DNA of 64,000 bases from Atractiella rhizophila (taxonomy: Eukaryota). Of this stretch, positions 1 to 11,682 are shown one piece after another (the stretch's first letter is position 1; every line of letters begins with the position of its first letter). The notes under the pieces were generated by a model, which was not told the origin of the DNA, searched no databases, and saw only the letters and a list, made by a program, of their open reading frames with translations. A program made the translations under genes and the position numbers. The stretch is taken from NCBI GenBank assembly GCA_021432655.1, contig MU271313.1, positions 1-64,000 on the forward strand, given 5' to 3'.

Positions 1-14
1 CACAGTCCAAGCAT

Positions 15-1432
15 TCAGATTCTCAATCTCCAGCCGATCTCCTTGCCTGCCCAGAAAGGAATAACATACAAATCATCGTAGTGAAAACTGAGCGGAATGT
101 TGGTCTTCTCTCTCACTAATCTAACACCTTTTCCATCTCCATCGGGAAGGCCATAGAACTGACGGCCGAACCTATGACGCAAAGCAATGTCAGTAAATAT
201 CCAGCGGCAGGAGGATATGGCAAGAAGACATACTTGCAACAGAATTCTTCCATTCGTTCCACAGGTATTTTCGGTACAACCTCCCCCAACCCGTCCTCTT
301 CCTTCGCCTCAAATATGGTCGCTAGAACGGGCAGGGCGTGCGGGTATAGGTAGATGCCTGCTGCCGCGGCTGCAACCGATGTTTCGGAGAGGTTTGAGAA
401 CGAGGGAAGTTTGGCACTGGAGGGATGGGGGGCGGAATCCGTCCCAAGGAAGAAGCGAGGGTTTCCTGCGAAAGATCCTTTGGTTCAGCGCCTTATTTAT
501 TGCCGGATGGATGTATTTCACCTGACGCAACTGCTTCTCGAAGGGCGGTACGATCGCGTATGGTTTTGGCGACAGGCTTGCAGAAGTGCAATGATTGACC
601 TTTCCAGATGGGACAGCATTGAGCCTCGGGATAATTGGAGAGAGGACAACATACCTGCCCAGTCCGAGGTTGTGAGAACAAGATGATGTGGAGTTATAGT
701 CGCCGCAACCTTCGCGCTGTCAGGAAGAGACAGAAGCTAGATATCATGTCAGATCGGTGAGGGATGGCGAAAAAGGGAAGGATACCGCGTCGACACCTTC
801 CTTTGTCGTGAGGTGTTCGATCACAATTCGCAAATTTGGGTACTTCTTCACGAGGGCATGAAGGACGGTGGTCATCCAATGGCCTTCGGCGTCGAGGACT
901 GGAAGTGCAGGTGTCTCTCCATGAATGCAAAGAATGATTCCTATAGCACATGTCCTTAACAAGAAAGCAATTATGGCAGAGATGGACAACTCACTTCTTT
1001 TTTCGAGCTCACCGAGAATGTTCCTATACCTCTCGTCTAAAAGACTCAAAGGCATGTCCTCTCCCCCTGCTGAGTTCGTCGTCGTATGAGGTGGGTACCA
1101 TTTTGCAGCGACAATATTGTCATTCCCGTCCAAGGAAGTAAAAGACAGGGTGGGAGACAGATAGACGGTCGGAAGGAACCGCACATCTGGGGCTTTCTTT
1201 CGAAGGCTGGTGATGTAGTCCGTTGATAAGGATGGAGTGAGCAAGGGTGGCAGAAGATTTGGCTGTTTCATGTTAGAACCATCAAAACACTAAATTTGCC
1301 AAGCAAACGCACCATGACCAATGCCGTTGATATCCCAGATTCAGCTAGATGCTTTGTGACAAGATCACACAGCGTTCCTTGACGAAGATGAATGTGGAAG
1401 TCGGATGGATTAGAGAGTGCTATTTCTGACAT
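15..1432 (-). CDS. URA4: Dihydroorotase (homodimeric type), multi-exon
   Basis: Spliced motifs DFHIHLRQG, AAKWYPPHTTTNS, LCIHGE, LRIVIEHLTT, TITPHHL, FCKPVAK, RFFLGTDSAPHP, FGRQFYG and C-terminal VIPFWAGKEIGW. Confidence 0.93.
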
Positions 1433-1998
1433 TTTGTAGAAATCGTTCACAAATATATACTCCACTTCACTTCAACGCGCCGAAATCGCGCTCTGTAACA
1501 AGTCCCTAGATAGATAAATGAGATGAGGTAATTAGAGTCACGTGTGAAACTTTGACTCATGTTTACAGTTTTAAATTTTCTCCTTCAATCCTCCTTCAAG
1601 TTCATAGGTTGTGCCAGTGTCTATTGGGAACTCAGAAGGAGATATCATATCAAGCCAGGAGGATCTAAATCATACGTGAGTTTCATCCTAGTCCCTTTCA
1701 CAATCTTTGCCACTTCATGATCAGTTCAGAATGTGCTTGCTTGACCTCTCACTACGAGATTTCCATTAAAGAATATGTTCCTCTGAAATATCCTTTCAAT
1801 ATGTTTTTAACAAAGAATATGCCCGCAGACGCGAAGGCTGCTTATTTTCTGGTTCTAGTCTTTTGGTAATTCAAAGATGTGACCGCCAACTGTCAATCGA
1901 GCACTGATTCAGGTGCTGCATAGACCGTTCGTCCCTTTATTGCATCTTTAGATTGTTCTGATCCGATTTCCTCTCCCAGTCGAACCTATCCATTCGCT

Positions 1999-4248
1999 AT
2001 GTCTGAACCACCACTCAAGCGACGACGACTTTCTCCTTCCCTACCTCTCGAATCGCCCCATGAACCCGGCACTAGCGAGATCTTCAATCCAAATTTTGAT
2101 GAAGACGCTATGGCGCAGCAGATGATGGACACTCTTTTTCAAGGTGCACTCGATGCTCTTGAACAACCACAGACGGGCTCGACTGAAGGTATGAATGACT
2201 ACGAACAACAGTGGGAACCGTCAGGGGAACCACCGATGGACGGAATGAGAGAGGAATGGGATGATTTCATTGGCGAACCTGAAGAACAGTCTGAAAGAGC
2301 CGATCAAGGCAAGGCTCTGGAAGTGGAGCTCTTCGGCGAGGACGACACAGATGGCGGGACTTATGCACAGCGGGAGAAGCAACAGCAAAATCAGGGCGAT
2401 ACATGGCCTGAAGATCAGAATCAAGAAGACGAGCTCGCCTCAGCTGCGGCCTCGATGCTCCAGGATTCATTAGCCCAAGCAATGGCGCAACATGGTCTTC
2501 CGGAGATGTCTCAACAAGAGGAGGAGGACTTAGCTGATGCTGCTGCCGGGATGCTGAACGACTCCTTAGCGCAAGCGTTGGAGGGTTGGGACGAGGGCGA
2601 ATTCCGTTTACAAGAGACGGAGGAGCCATCGATCCGTGGTGAAGGTGCTGCCATGGCAAGTCAGCAAAAGTTGCAACAGTCTCAATCCCTACATCGCCCT
2701 TCTCCCCCTACACGACTCCCATCCTCGCGGACATCCCCTCCAGCTGCAGCGAGCGCTCATCCGTCTGAGCCCTTCCAACTCCATCTTCCTCGGCCTGGCG
2801 CATCTAAAGCGCCACCTTCTTCAGAAGCTCACATACATGCTCCTTCGCAGCCAGAGGCTTATCCTAACCGAGCACCCTCTCCTGATGCCATGAATATCTT
2901 CAACGCTGCGCTTCAGAATGCGAAATCTAGATTGGACAGACATCCTTCTCCCACAGCGGATGACATACTTAAGACAAGCCTTCAGGCTGCGCTGGCATCT
3001 CACGCTCAAGGAGATTTGCATGGTAGTGGTTCTCCTAGCCCCGAAGATATTTTGAATGCCAGCATAAAAGCTGGAGTTGCGGCTCTGGATCATGCAAATG
3101 GGAACGGCATGGACTTCGATTCCAACTTTCACCGTCCAAATCCTTCTCTCCCTCCACCCATGCAAAACGACAATCGATCGGCACTCGACATCCTTGCAGA
3201 TGCTATAGCAGCTGGTTTGAAAGGTCAAGAAGGGCTCCCAGAAGCCGAAGTAAATCTGGAAGATGAGCTTCAGCAAATGCTCATGGACACCGCCAACGCC
3301 GCCTCTGGCTCTAACATCAAATCCGCGTCTGGCCCTGCGATTCCTGAGGAGCTGGCGTTCGATGTGAACAAGATGCTGAACGAGGCGGTTACGAGTGCTG
3401 CGCATCAGGAATTCCAGTTTGTTGGCGCGTTGAAGAGGGGACGGCCGAAGGGGAGCGTGAAGAAGGAACCCACGGTGTATACTTGCCAGTTTCCAGGTTG
3501 TGGGAAGGAGTTCCCTAAGCTGTACAGCTTAAAGAGTCACCAGACGGCCCATCAGACTGCAAAAGGATTTTCTTGTCGATTCTGTGACGCAAAATTCAAC
3601 AGAGCTCATGATCAGAAGAGGTACGCTTTCATCTTGGATGCGTTTGTAACTGATCAAGTGTCCAGGCATGAACGATTGCATGAGGCGACAAAAGTGTACG
3701 TTTGCCAAGGATGTAACAAGGACTTCAGTATGTGCTCTCCTCAACTTTTCCAGGACCTGCTGCTCATCTGGTGCCCAGCGCGACTCGATGCCCTGAAACG
3801 GCACAAAACCAACCTTCGAGTTCTTCCAGCCTGCAAGGATACCCCCATCATCAAACAAGATCGCACCGGACCTGTGCCAATCGACATCCCCCTCAATCCC
3901 AGTCGAGCGCCAAGAGCCAACAGCAACGCTTCTTTTCCTTCTTCAGGAACGGCTTCTCACCCCATGCCAGCTGCTGGATCCGGTCAACAGGCGCTGCACA
4001 ATTTCTCCAACGCACATCCAGGGCAGAGACCCCCTCCCCAGCAATTCGAATTCGTCAACGAGCTGCCCCCTCCGCGGAAACATATCGCGCCATTCCCGCC
4101 ACTGGCTCGAGCTACGCAAGGTCATAGACCTTCTGTGAATGAGGAGTACGACGATGAATCGATTCTTATGGCACAAGGAGAAGAACATGATGAAGGTGGG
4201 GATATTCCCGTCATGAATGGGAATGGGGAAGGGGATGTTGAGGATTGA
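1999..4248 (+). CDS. C2H2 zinc-finger transcription factor with AT-hook and acidic N-terminus
   Basis: KRGRPKG AT-hook followed by three C2H2 fingers (CQFPGC..HQTAH, CRFC..HERLH, CQGC..H) once introns 3621-3665 and 3728-3778 are removed. Confidence 0.9.
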   Translation: MSEPPLKRRRLSPSLPLESPHEPGTSEIFNPNFDEDAMAQQMMDTLFQGALDALEQPQTGSTEGMNDYEQQWEPSGEPPMDGMREEWDDFIGEPEEQSERADQGKALEVELFGEDDTDGGTYAQREKQQQNQGDTWPEDQNQEDELASAAASMLQDSLAQAMAQHGLPEMSQQEEEDLADAAAGMLNDSLAQALEGWDEGEFRLQETEEPSIRGEGAAMASQQKLQQSQSLHRPSPPTRLPSSRTSPPAAASAHPSEPFQLHLPRPGASKAPPSSEAHIHAPSQPEAYPNRAPSPDAMNIFNAALQNAKSRLDRHPSPTADDILKTSLQAALASHAQGDLHGSGSPSPEDILNASIKAGVAALDHANGNGMDFDSNFHRPNPSLPPPMQNDNRSALDILADAIAAGLKGQEGLPEAEVNLEDELQQMLMDTANAASGSNIKSASGPAIPEELAFDVNKMLNEAVTSAAHQEFQFVGALKRGRPKGSVKKEPTVYTCQFPGCGKEFPKLYSLKSHQTAHQTAKGFSCRFCDAKFNRAHDQKRYAFILDAFVTDQVSRHERLHEATKVYVCQGCNKDFSMCSPQLFQDLLLIWCPARLDALKRHKTNLRVLPACKDTPIIKQDRTGPVPIDIPLNPSRAPRANSNASFPSSGTASHPMPAAGSGQQALHNFSNAHPGQRPPPQQFEFVNELPPPRKHIAPFPPLARATQGHRPSVNEEYDDESILMAQGEEHDEGGDIPVMNGNGEGDVED

Positions 4249-4569
4249 GCATTACCGTGACGAGTCGAAGAGTCGACCGTTGTCTGCTTCACCGAAAGTC
4301 CCACTGGTCACCTTTGACGTTTCTCACAAAGTTCACTAAACTTTGCTGAACTTCAATTCAGCCTTGTTCTGGCCTTCAAGTACGAGTTCAACAGCAACGA
4401 CATTCACCGTGAAAGTTGATGATATCATTGCACGTAAATGAGACATGTACGAGCATCCTCTATTCCTGGAACTAAAGACCTCTGGAGACTGAAGATGCCA
4501 AAAGAAACGGTAAGAAAACGTGTAATAAAGCGAGATACTGAAGCCGGATGCAATGCGTGAGGTCGTAAT

Positions 4570-7500
4570 CTATGATGAGGGATTCCGCTCCCCTCCGTAC
4601 ACTTCCACTTTGACAGGTCGCCCATCCTTTTTCACAGTCACCTTCACTACCTGGTCCTCCCTTGGACTCATAACCCGCAGCAGAGGATTGTCGACGATGG
4701 CTTTGTCCTGAACAATCGAAAGGTTTGTGAGGAGCGCACGTAACCAGCTTGGATGTGAACCAGCGAGAGTGTCAAGCCATTCCCCTGTTGGTGGAAGGGA
4801 CTTGGAAAGTTCGTAAGTATGACATTCTGTTCCGTCCGCAAGTTCTTCCACCGAATGTTTCACTCCAGAAGGGGCTGATTCTCTTTCTTCTTCCTCCGAA
4901 GAGGCAAGAGGCTCGCCAAAGTAATCAACGACCGGAATCTTCGATTCGTCGTTGTCGTAGTATCGCTCCAACAATCGCGAAATGAGGCCCTTCTCGACGT
5001 TGCCCAGAATTTCTCCCACTGGCTCGTCTGTGCGGGTAGACCATTTAGCAGCAACGGGTCCTTGGAGAATAGCAACTCGTTGAGGATCTTGATCAAAAAC
5101 AGCCTCAATGTCCCTGACTCAAGTGTCAACATTGTCTTCATACTGGTGCACAGAATTTGAGCTTACTCAGCCTGCCAAAGGGAATCCTTCTTGAACCAAA
5201 CTCCGAAGTTGGCATCCAGGATAGGAATGAAGGGAACGGGTTTCTGACCTGGACGTTGACAGATGGCGAGGAAGTAGGCGACATCTTCTGAAGCTAGGAT
5301 TTGCTCTTTTGCAGCAGGATAACGGTTATTGAAGAAATCGTCTAAGAAATCGAACGGCTTGTTGAGCTGATCAAAGGATTGCAACGCTGAGACTTTGGCC
5401 TGCTTTCCATTTACAGGCGACATTCGTTCCTCGACTCTACACACACAAGTCAGTTATGATGACTCCAAAAGGAGGAAAGAAAAAAAAGCTGACCGTCGAA
5501 GCCAATCTCCTACTAAATTCCGAAGCGTGACATCGATCCACCGTTTCTCGTGAGAGACGTAACAAAGTCTAACCATGCGCCTTGTGACCGTCTCGTACTC
5601 CATATCCTCGACGTCGCACGGCTTTCCATCCCTGGTCTCCCCAAACCAAGGTTTCTACTCATCCATCAGTCCACACGTTCAAACAAGGTAAGGCGGCAAC
5701 CCGCACCTGGAAATCGGCATTAAGCCTCTGGATCACATAGTCTTTCTTCTCCTTAAGCCACTGCACCCTCTTCTCTTTCGGCAGCGCGAAAACGGTGGTA
5801 TCAAACTCCTTCCACAACTTCAACGCTCGGTTTGCAACTTTGTGAATTGGCTCTCCAAGCTCGGAATTGACAGTGATGATGCCTCCCGTCTCCTTCGTAT
5901 ACGTTCCTTCCCTGTCCGCAAGTTAGTAGGAATAACCAATGGGGTAAAACAGCAAACGCACCATTCAGCGTCATCTACACCCTTAGCCTCCACAATGAGT
6001 TTCTTCACGCTCTCGCTGGTATGCGCTTCTTTTGCAACCATCACCCTCGAAGCGAAGAGGAAGCCATCATAAGGCATATCCTGAGCGCCAAACCTCCTCG
6101 CCCATTCACCAGTCAAGAACTCCCAGGTATCTTCCGCCGCACCAAAACCACTACCAGCGACGAGGACGATGTTCTTCTTCGCCCTGATATCTGCATACGT
6201 CTGCAACATAGGCTGGAAGAAATCCTCATAGGAGTGGTGACCGCCAGCTCGTCCTCCGGTCCATTGAAGGATGATGGGAAAGTCAGGATTTGCAGCAGCG
6301 ATAGAGATCACTTGTCGGATTCCGTCCACGCTCCCAGGCTTGAAACTGACATGCTTGATCCCGGCAGAGGAAAGGGCATCAATGATTTCCTTCGCCTTTT
6401 CGGTTGATGGAATGCCAGCGGCGACACAAAGACCTTCGACAGGTAGACCCTCCTGCTTCATCTGACACCAAAGCGGGAACTGGAATGCCCATTGTTTGGG
6501 GTTGATGTACTATCCACAAGGCATAAACAGAATGGAAATGGAGAGGCTGGAAAGAACGTACGAGAGAATTGAGCGTGATTGCCAAACCGGGTTTAACCAT
6601 TTTTACGATGTCATCTACCTTCTTCCTCAACGCTGCCGGACTGTAGTGTCCACCACCAGCCAACTCGACATGATACCCAGCATTAAGGACGGCAGCATTG
6701 AAACCAGCCTGTACAGTCGTCGGTGTCATACCAGCGACCATGAGTGGGGGCTTCTTGACCAGCCTCGAGAACGGAGTATCGATATGAACCCTCCCATCCC
6801 TGCTCTTCACCAACCTAGCCCGCCACCGATCCTCCCACCTATCCTCGAACCTGACCGACCCTTCCGAATTCCAAAACTCGGACGAGACGCCTTCAAAGAG
6901 CATCACTCTCACGCCCGTTCCCTCCGAGTTTCGTTTCAGGAGTGACCCGACGCCCATCTTTCCTCCGGGTCCGAAATCGACGGCGTGGGTGGTGGAGGGA
7001 GGGAAGGCGCAGACGGTTTGGAAGTTGATAGGTCTGCGGAGGATGAGGAGGAGCAGTTCTTCTACGAGTCCTTCTCCGTTTTCGCTCCCCTGACGCATAT
7101 CTCTACCAGTTTCCGTATTGCGAACTTCGATCGCCAAATCCTCCCTTTCCCATTTAAGCTCCTTTAGATCCTCAAGACACTCCTTCTGTACGCCATCCAA
7201 AAGTCTAGAATGGAAAGGGAGCTCGATGGGGAGGAACCGGGTGTTGAAATTCTTCTTCCTCTTCGAGAACGCCACCTTGTTCTCGTCCTTCCCTTCCTCC
7301 GCCCGCTCATTCTTCACCCCTCCCAAAAATCCAACCAGACCTCGTACGGATCCGGTGACGACGAAATTGCGTGCACCATTCTTCAAAGACACTTCTACCT
7401 TTTCAGTTTCCTCTTCTCCCAACGCCGCATTGTGGCGTTTGACGAAGGCTGATACTTCCGCCTCGGACAGTCCGTTGATGGAAAGCATAGGAGTAGGGGG

Positions 7501-8596
7501 CTCCTCAGTTGCATTAAGGAGGGAAGGAGGAAGGGCAGACGGAGGGAAGTGCAAAGATCCACGGAGAGAGAGAGAGAACAGTAGGGATAGGGACTCGATG
7601 ACGACCTGGTAGAAAGGCGACCAAGCCTTCTCCAACTCTTTCAGGGTCGGAACAGCCTCGTCCGTCGAATCCCCACTGCTGTTGCTAGAAGACACCGTCC
7701 GAACTTGAGGGCTGCTCTTCTCCAATGCCTCGTACCGACGAGCGATAACCACCGCAGGCACCACGCCTTGACTGTGTCCAGTGGTTGAGCTGAAGTGAGC
7801 TTGCATTTCAGCTGGTCCGAGATACATCGCCATTCCGAGAGCAATGTAGCGAACGTATTGGATGACGGCGAGGAGAGGCATGGAGACGGGAACGGAGCGA
7901 AGGTAGGCAGCATCGGGTTGGGTGGAGCTCTTGAGCCAGGAAAGAGGGGAGAGAGGACGAGGATGGAAGAGTGGCGAAGCGGTCGAGGACAATTGAGCGA
8001 GGTGGTTTGAGGCGAGAGAGAGGAAGGGTGAAACGAATGGCTCATACGACGTCCATAGTTCCTTCACGAGCAAGTTCTCAGACCCAGAACTTCGAAAAGA
8101 ATACGAAACATACCACGAGCTCAGACCAATAAGTGTCGTTGCAGCCTTGGCCTCCGAAAACCGCCCAAAGGCCTACATCCTCCCTCTTGAACACTCCGAC
8201 CTCCTTAACGTCTGGCATTCGCCCTGCAAAGTCTCCCTTGGCGTGCAGGAGCGTCCTCGCTTTGAAATAAGTTCTAAGGAGTTGAACGCCTTCCTCCTTG
8301 TCCAACTTGGCAGCCGCTGCATGGACATGGGGAGCATGAAGCAGCGGATGAGAAAGAGCCTGATAGACAATCTGAAGGTTGATATTTTGAGATTGGAGGA
8401 GGAAAGCGAGGAAAAGAGAAAGGACAAGAAGGTCGTTGCCAGCGTCTTCTGGGACTACAAAAGTGGCGGCAACGTCAGAGAACTCTATGAAGAGCTCTGC
8501 GGGTACATTAAACTTGAGCGTAGGCGTAAGGGCATGAGTGCGCGTTTGGGGAGGCGGCGGGAGGAGCGAAAAGTCAGAGGAGCCGTTGGACGACAT
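4570..8596 (-). CDS. FAS1: Fatty acid synthase beta subunit, acetyltransferase + enoyl-reductase domains only, multi-exon
   Basis: AVFGGQG, TTGHSQG (AT active site), [74 protein letters not shown]; stop codon at 4570. Confidence 0.93.
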
Positions 8597-9389
8597 GATT
8601 CTAGTTCTGTGCCCAAAGCTCAGCTGGGGAAGTGGGGTAAGAAAGGGCTGACCTATGGTGTGCAGGCGTATAAGAGCTGTAGAAGATGATATGCTGGTCG
8701 TACTTTTATTCTTACTGAGGCAAGAAAGACTTTGAGGAACCCCAACCGGTGGCAGTTTTCGATGGGGCGTCAACAGAAGCCAGAACCTAATCTCGACGAT
8801 CGGACAGCGACGAAGCGACGAAATCTTCGACTCCCAGGATAACAAGCTGAGGGGATGAGCAGTCGTGGGGAGAGCCGCGGGTTGGGTGCTAACGATTATT
8901 CATGTCCTCTTTACTCTTTGCTCACGGTGTGTTCCTCAACTTGAAACTGTGGCGGTCGTTTGCCAATCATCAGAGTTTTATCCCGGGACGCGTCGTCTTC
9001 CCACAATCTTTGCAGGCTTTCCTCCTCAGTTCACCCGAGGCTCACCAGCCTTATGCCATCACAGGCCGAACGCGACGGCGGTGCGGAAAGCGCTTTCAAG
9101 ACGCGTTGACGTGGTGATCGCTCTTACCTCAGCCGTAGTCAGGTGCGTTCGTCGACAGAGCGTCAGGGCCTTCTTTCCATCTATGCTCTGAGCGTTTTGT
9201 GACGCGGACAAGTAATGTTGATAATTACCATTAAATTCGTAACAGCGATCCATTTCCCCGTCCTGCACCACCTTGTTCTAGAAATCATGATCATCAGGAT
9301 TGCGCTGATGATTTCTACGGCCGTGAACTCCACCTTGACTTTTTCTTTCTTCGTGACCCAAGTGTTGCTGCAAGTAATATTCCTCTTTG

Positions 9390-10110
9390 ATCGGTCACAT
9401 GAACTCGTGGAAGCACTCAACTTCAGCGTGCAACATGGACAGGACAGCCTTCAAGTTAGTCTGTACTCTCGGCTTACAAATTTGAAAGACTCATTCGAGA
9501 CGGTTGAATATGAAACATTGTAGAAGATATCAATAATATATCATTCCTTTCAGTGAGCCCTCATGCACCGTCTACATAACCTCAGAGGTCACACAATCAT
9601 TTTCTTCTACTAAGTTTGATCCTGTTGGACATTCTAAAGAGCCCTACTCATGTCCACAGAGATCCGTAGGTCCATGAGTCTCGCTTCAAGGGGAAACGGT
9701 TATAAGGAAAAGTGTGGGTTTAACAAAGGCTCCTATTTACGAATCCTTCCGAAACATAGTAACGGACCGCCCATAAGTCATTTGAACATCCATAATCTGT
9801 TACATTGCTAGCAAGAGCATATCTCTATATAAGTATACAACAGTCTATAGCAAACAAATACTGAGATACACCAAAAAATCAGAGAAATCTATTGCCTCGA
9901 ATTTTGATGCATGTCGAGTGACGGGAGATTAAAGGCAAATGAGCCTAGGACTTCGAGACCTGCATGCCTAAAAACAATATCAGTTTGAGGAGGACGGAAA
10001 GTTGAGTACTTCCCAAAGCCATTGGATTGGAATGAGGGGTATCACCTAGAGCTGCATAGCATGAGACAAAGAGTAATAAGGCAAGGAGACAAAACTCATA
10101 AGAAAACATG
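9390..10110 (-). CDS. Possible small multi-exon hypothetical protein (hydrophobic segment)
   Basis: Short coding-like segments (FCLLALLLFVSCYAALG; YIIDIFYNVSYSTVSNESFK) flanked by GT..AG; gene model not resolved. Confidence 0.25.
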
Positions 10111-10230
10111 TTCAAGGACATCGGTACCTATTCCTTGGGCGAGTAGGTGATAACAGAAACCAAATGTGACTGATAGCTCGTTGTGCACAACAAGAGCGGA
10201 TTCGAAGATACCATAGCGGGATACAGTTAA

Positions 10231-11510
10231 TTAACGTGCGGAAGTCTTGAAGGTGCGCATGATCCTGGAAACATATTTCCTTGCCTTTTGTCGAAGAGCA
10301 GAGCGGAGAGAGTGCTTGAGTGGACGAGTCAGCGGAGGAGTGGGCGAGACGACGAAGCCGTTTATATTCTTCAGGAGGGACGCTTCTTTCTTCAATTCAT
10401 CTTCGCCTTCCCCTAGAGCAGAAACTGGGGCGACTTCGTCTATAGACCTGTCCGTAGATTTTGACACAGCGTTCGTGGCAGAGAACTTCGCAAAGAGCTC
10501 CCTACATTCTTGTCAGCAACAGTTCGTTCCATTGATTCACCATCACATACTTGCGTTCTTTCCAGTTGATGGATATGAAGGTGATCTTCAACGCTTCTGG
10601 GTTTAAGAACAGGTTGTCTTCATCAACGCCTATGTCAATATCGTCGTCTGTATCGTCGTCCATGCTTCCCATCGCATAGCCAAAGTCAGTTCCTTGCCTA
10701 CTTAAAGCAAAGACGACGTACATTGCACCGCAGAGAGAAGGAATCTGCCCAGTTCCAGAGCAGGTGCTATCGAAGCTTGACGGTCGAGTCGTCGTAGGTT
10801 CAGTATTCAACCTATGAGCGCTGTCAGCAGATAACTCCTGGAGACGAGAATACGACTCACGAGCCAGTCTCGAATGTATTCGTCAAAGAGCTTGTCTCTG
10901 AATCTGTCGTCTCGTCCTTCCAATCCTCTCCCCTACCACACTCTCGGCAAAACGTTCCCAGCTTTACAAACGGAGGGGACTCACTCTTGAAGGTGCAAAA
11001 TATCTCGATCGAACACAGCGGAAAGGTCTGCCACCAGAGTATTCTCAGAATTACACACAAAATGAGACCTAAATCCATCAACAACAGAGACAGCAGGGAG
11101 GAAAGCGGGATCAGTGCTGATGTTGTTTACTTTACCGCGAAACAAAGACGCGTCAACTTCAACCTCCTGTACAGCCATATACTCGCTCAACCGCCATTCT
11201 CGTAGGAGAGAAGAAATACGAACCACAGAGGTCTTGTTGGTGAGAATAATATGAACATTTGGGAATACATCCTGATTACTCGTGTTGGTGGCGAGATAAG
11301 CAAGCTGGAAACAGTCAGAAAACGTTTGGAAATTGTTTACAGTTGTGTTGGAGGGTTTGAGGAATTTGTGGAGTGCTGAAGGGTTTGGAATGCTCTGGAG
11401 GAACTTTTGGGGAAGCGCGAATGGTGGTTCGTGCTGAAGTTCATGAAAGCACTTCTTCCCGCTTTCATGGGAAAATGTACAGCACGTGCACTTGGCGTAC
11501 GCGACGCTTC
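10231..11510 (-). CDS. Hypothetical multi-exon Cys-containing protein (possible SWIM-like CxC..CxH)
   Basis: Exons join in frame across GTAAAC/GTTCGT/GTGAGT introns: KCTCCTFSHESGKKCFH ... CRECG ... acidic DDDTDDDID; start codon not identified. Confidence 0.4.
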
Positions 11511-11682
11511 AGTCACGTGGTCTTTCTGTGAATGCGTAGAGTTCCTCAAGAATGTATACTTATCAGTTTTGACTAGTGATTCTGGGTAGCTTACTGATTC
11601 TCTTGTTCAAGCGGGGAAATACAGAAAAGGTGCAATAATATTATCCATAGAAACGCAGAGTCTGACGATACAGGCAAGGTAT

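Noticed and set aside
10640..10740. FGYAMG resembling the TBC RabGAP GYxQG motif
   Set aside because: The catalytic Gln and the IxxDxxR motif are absent
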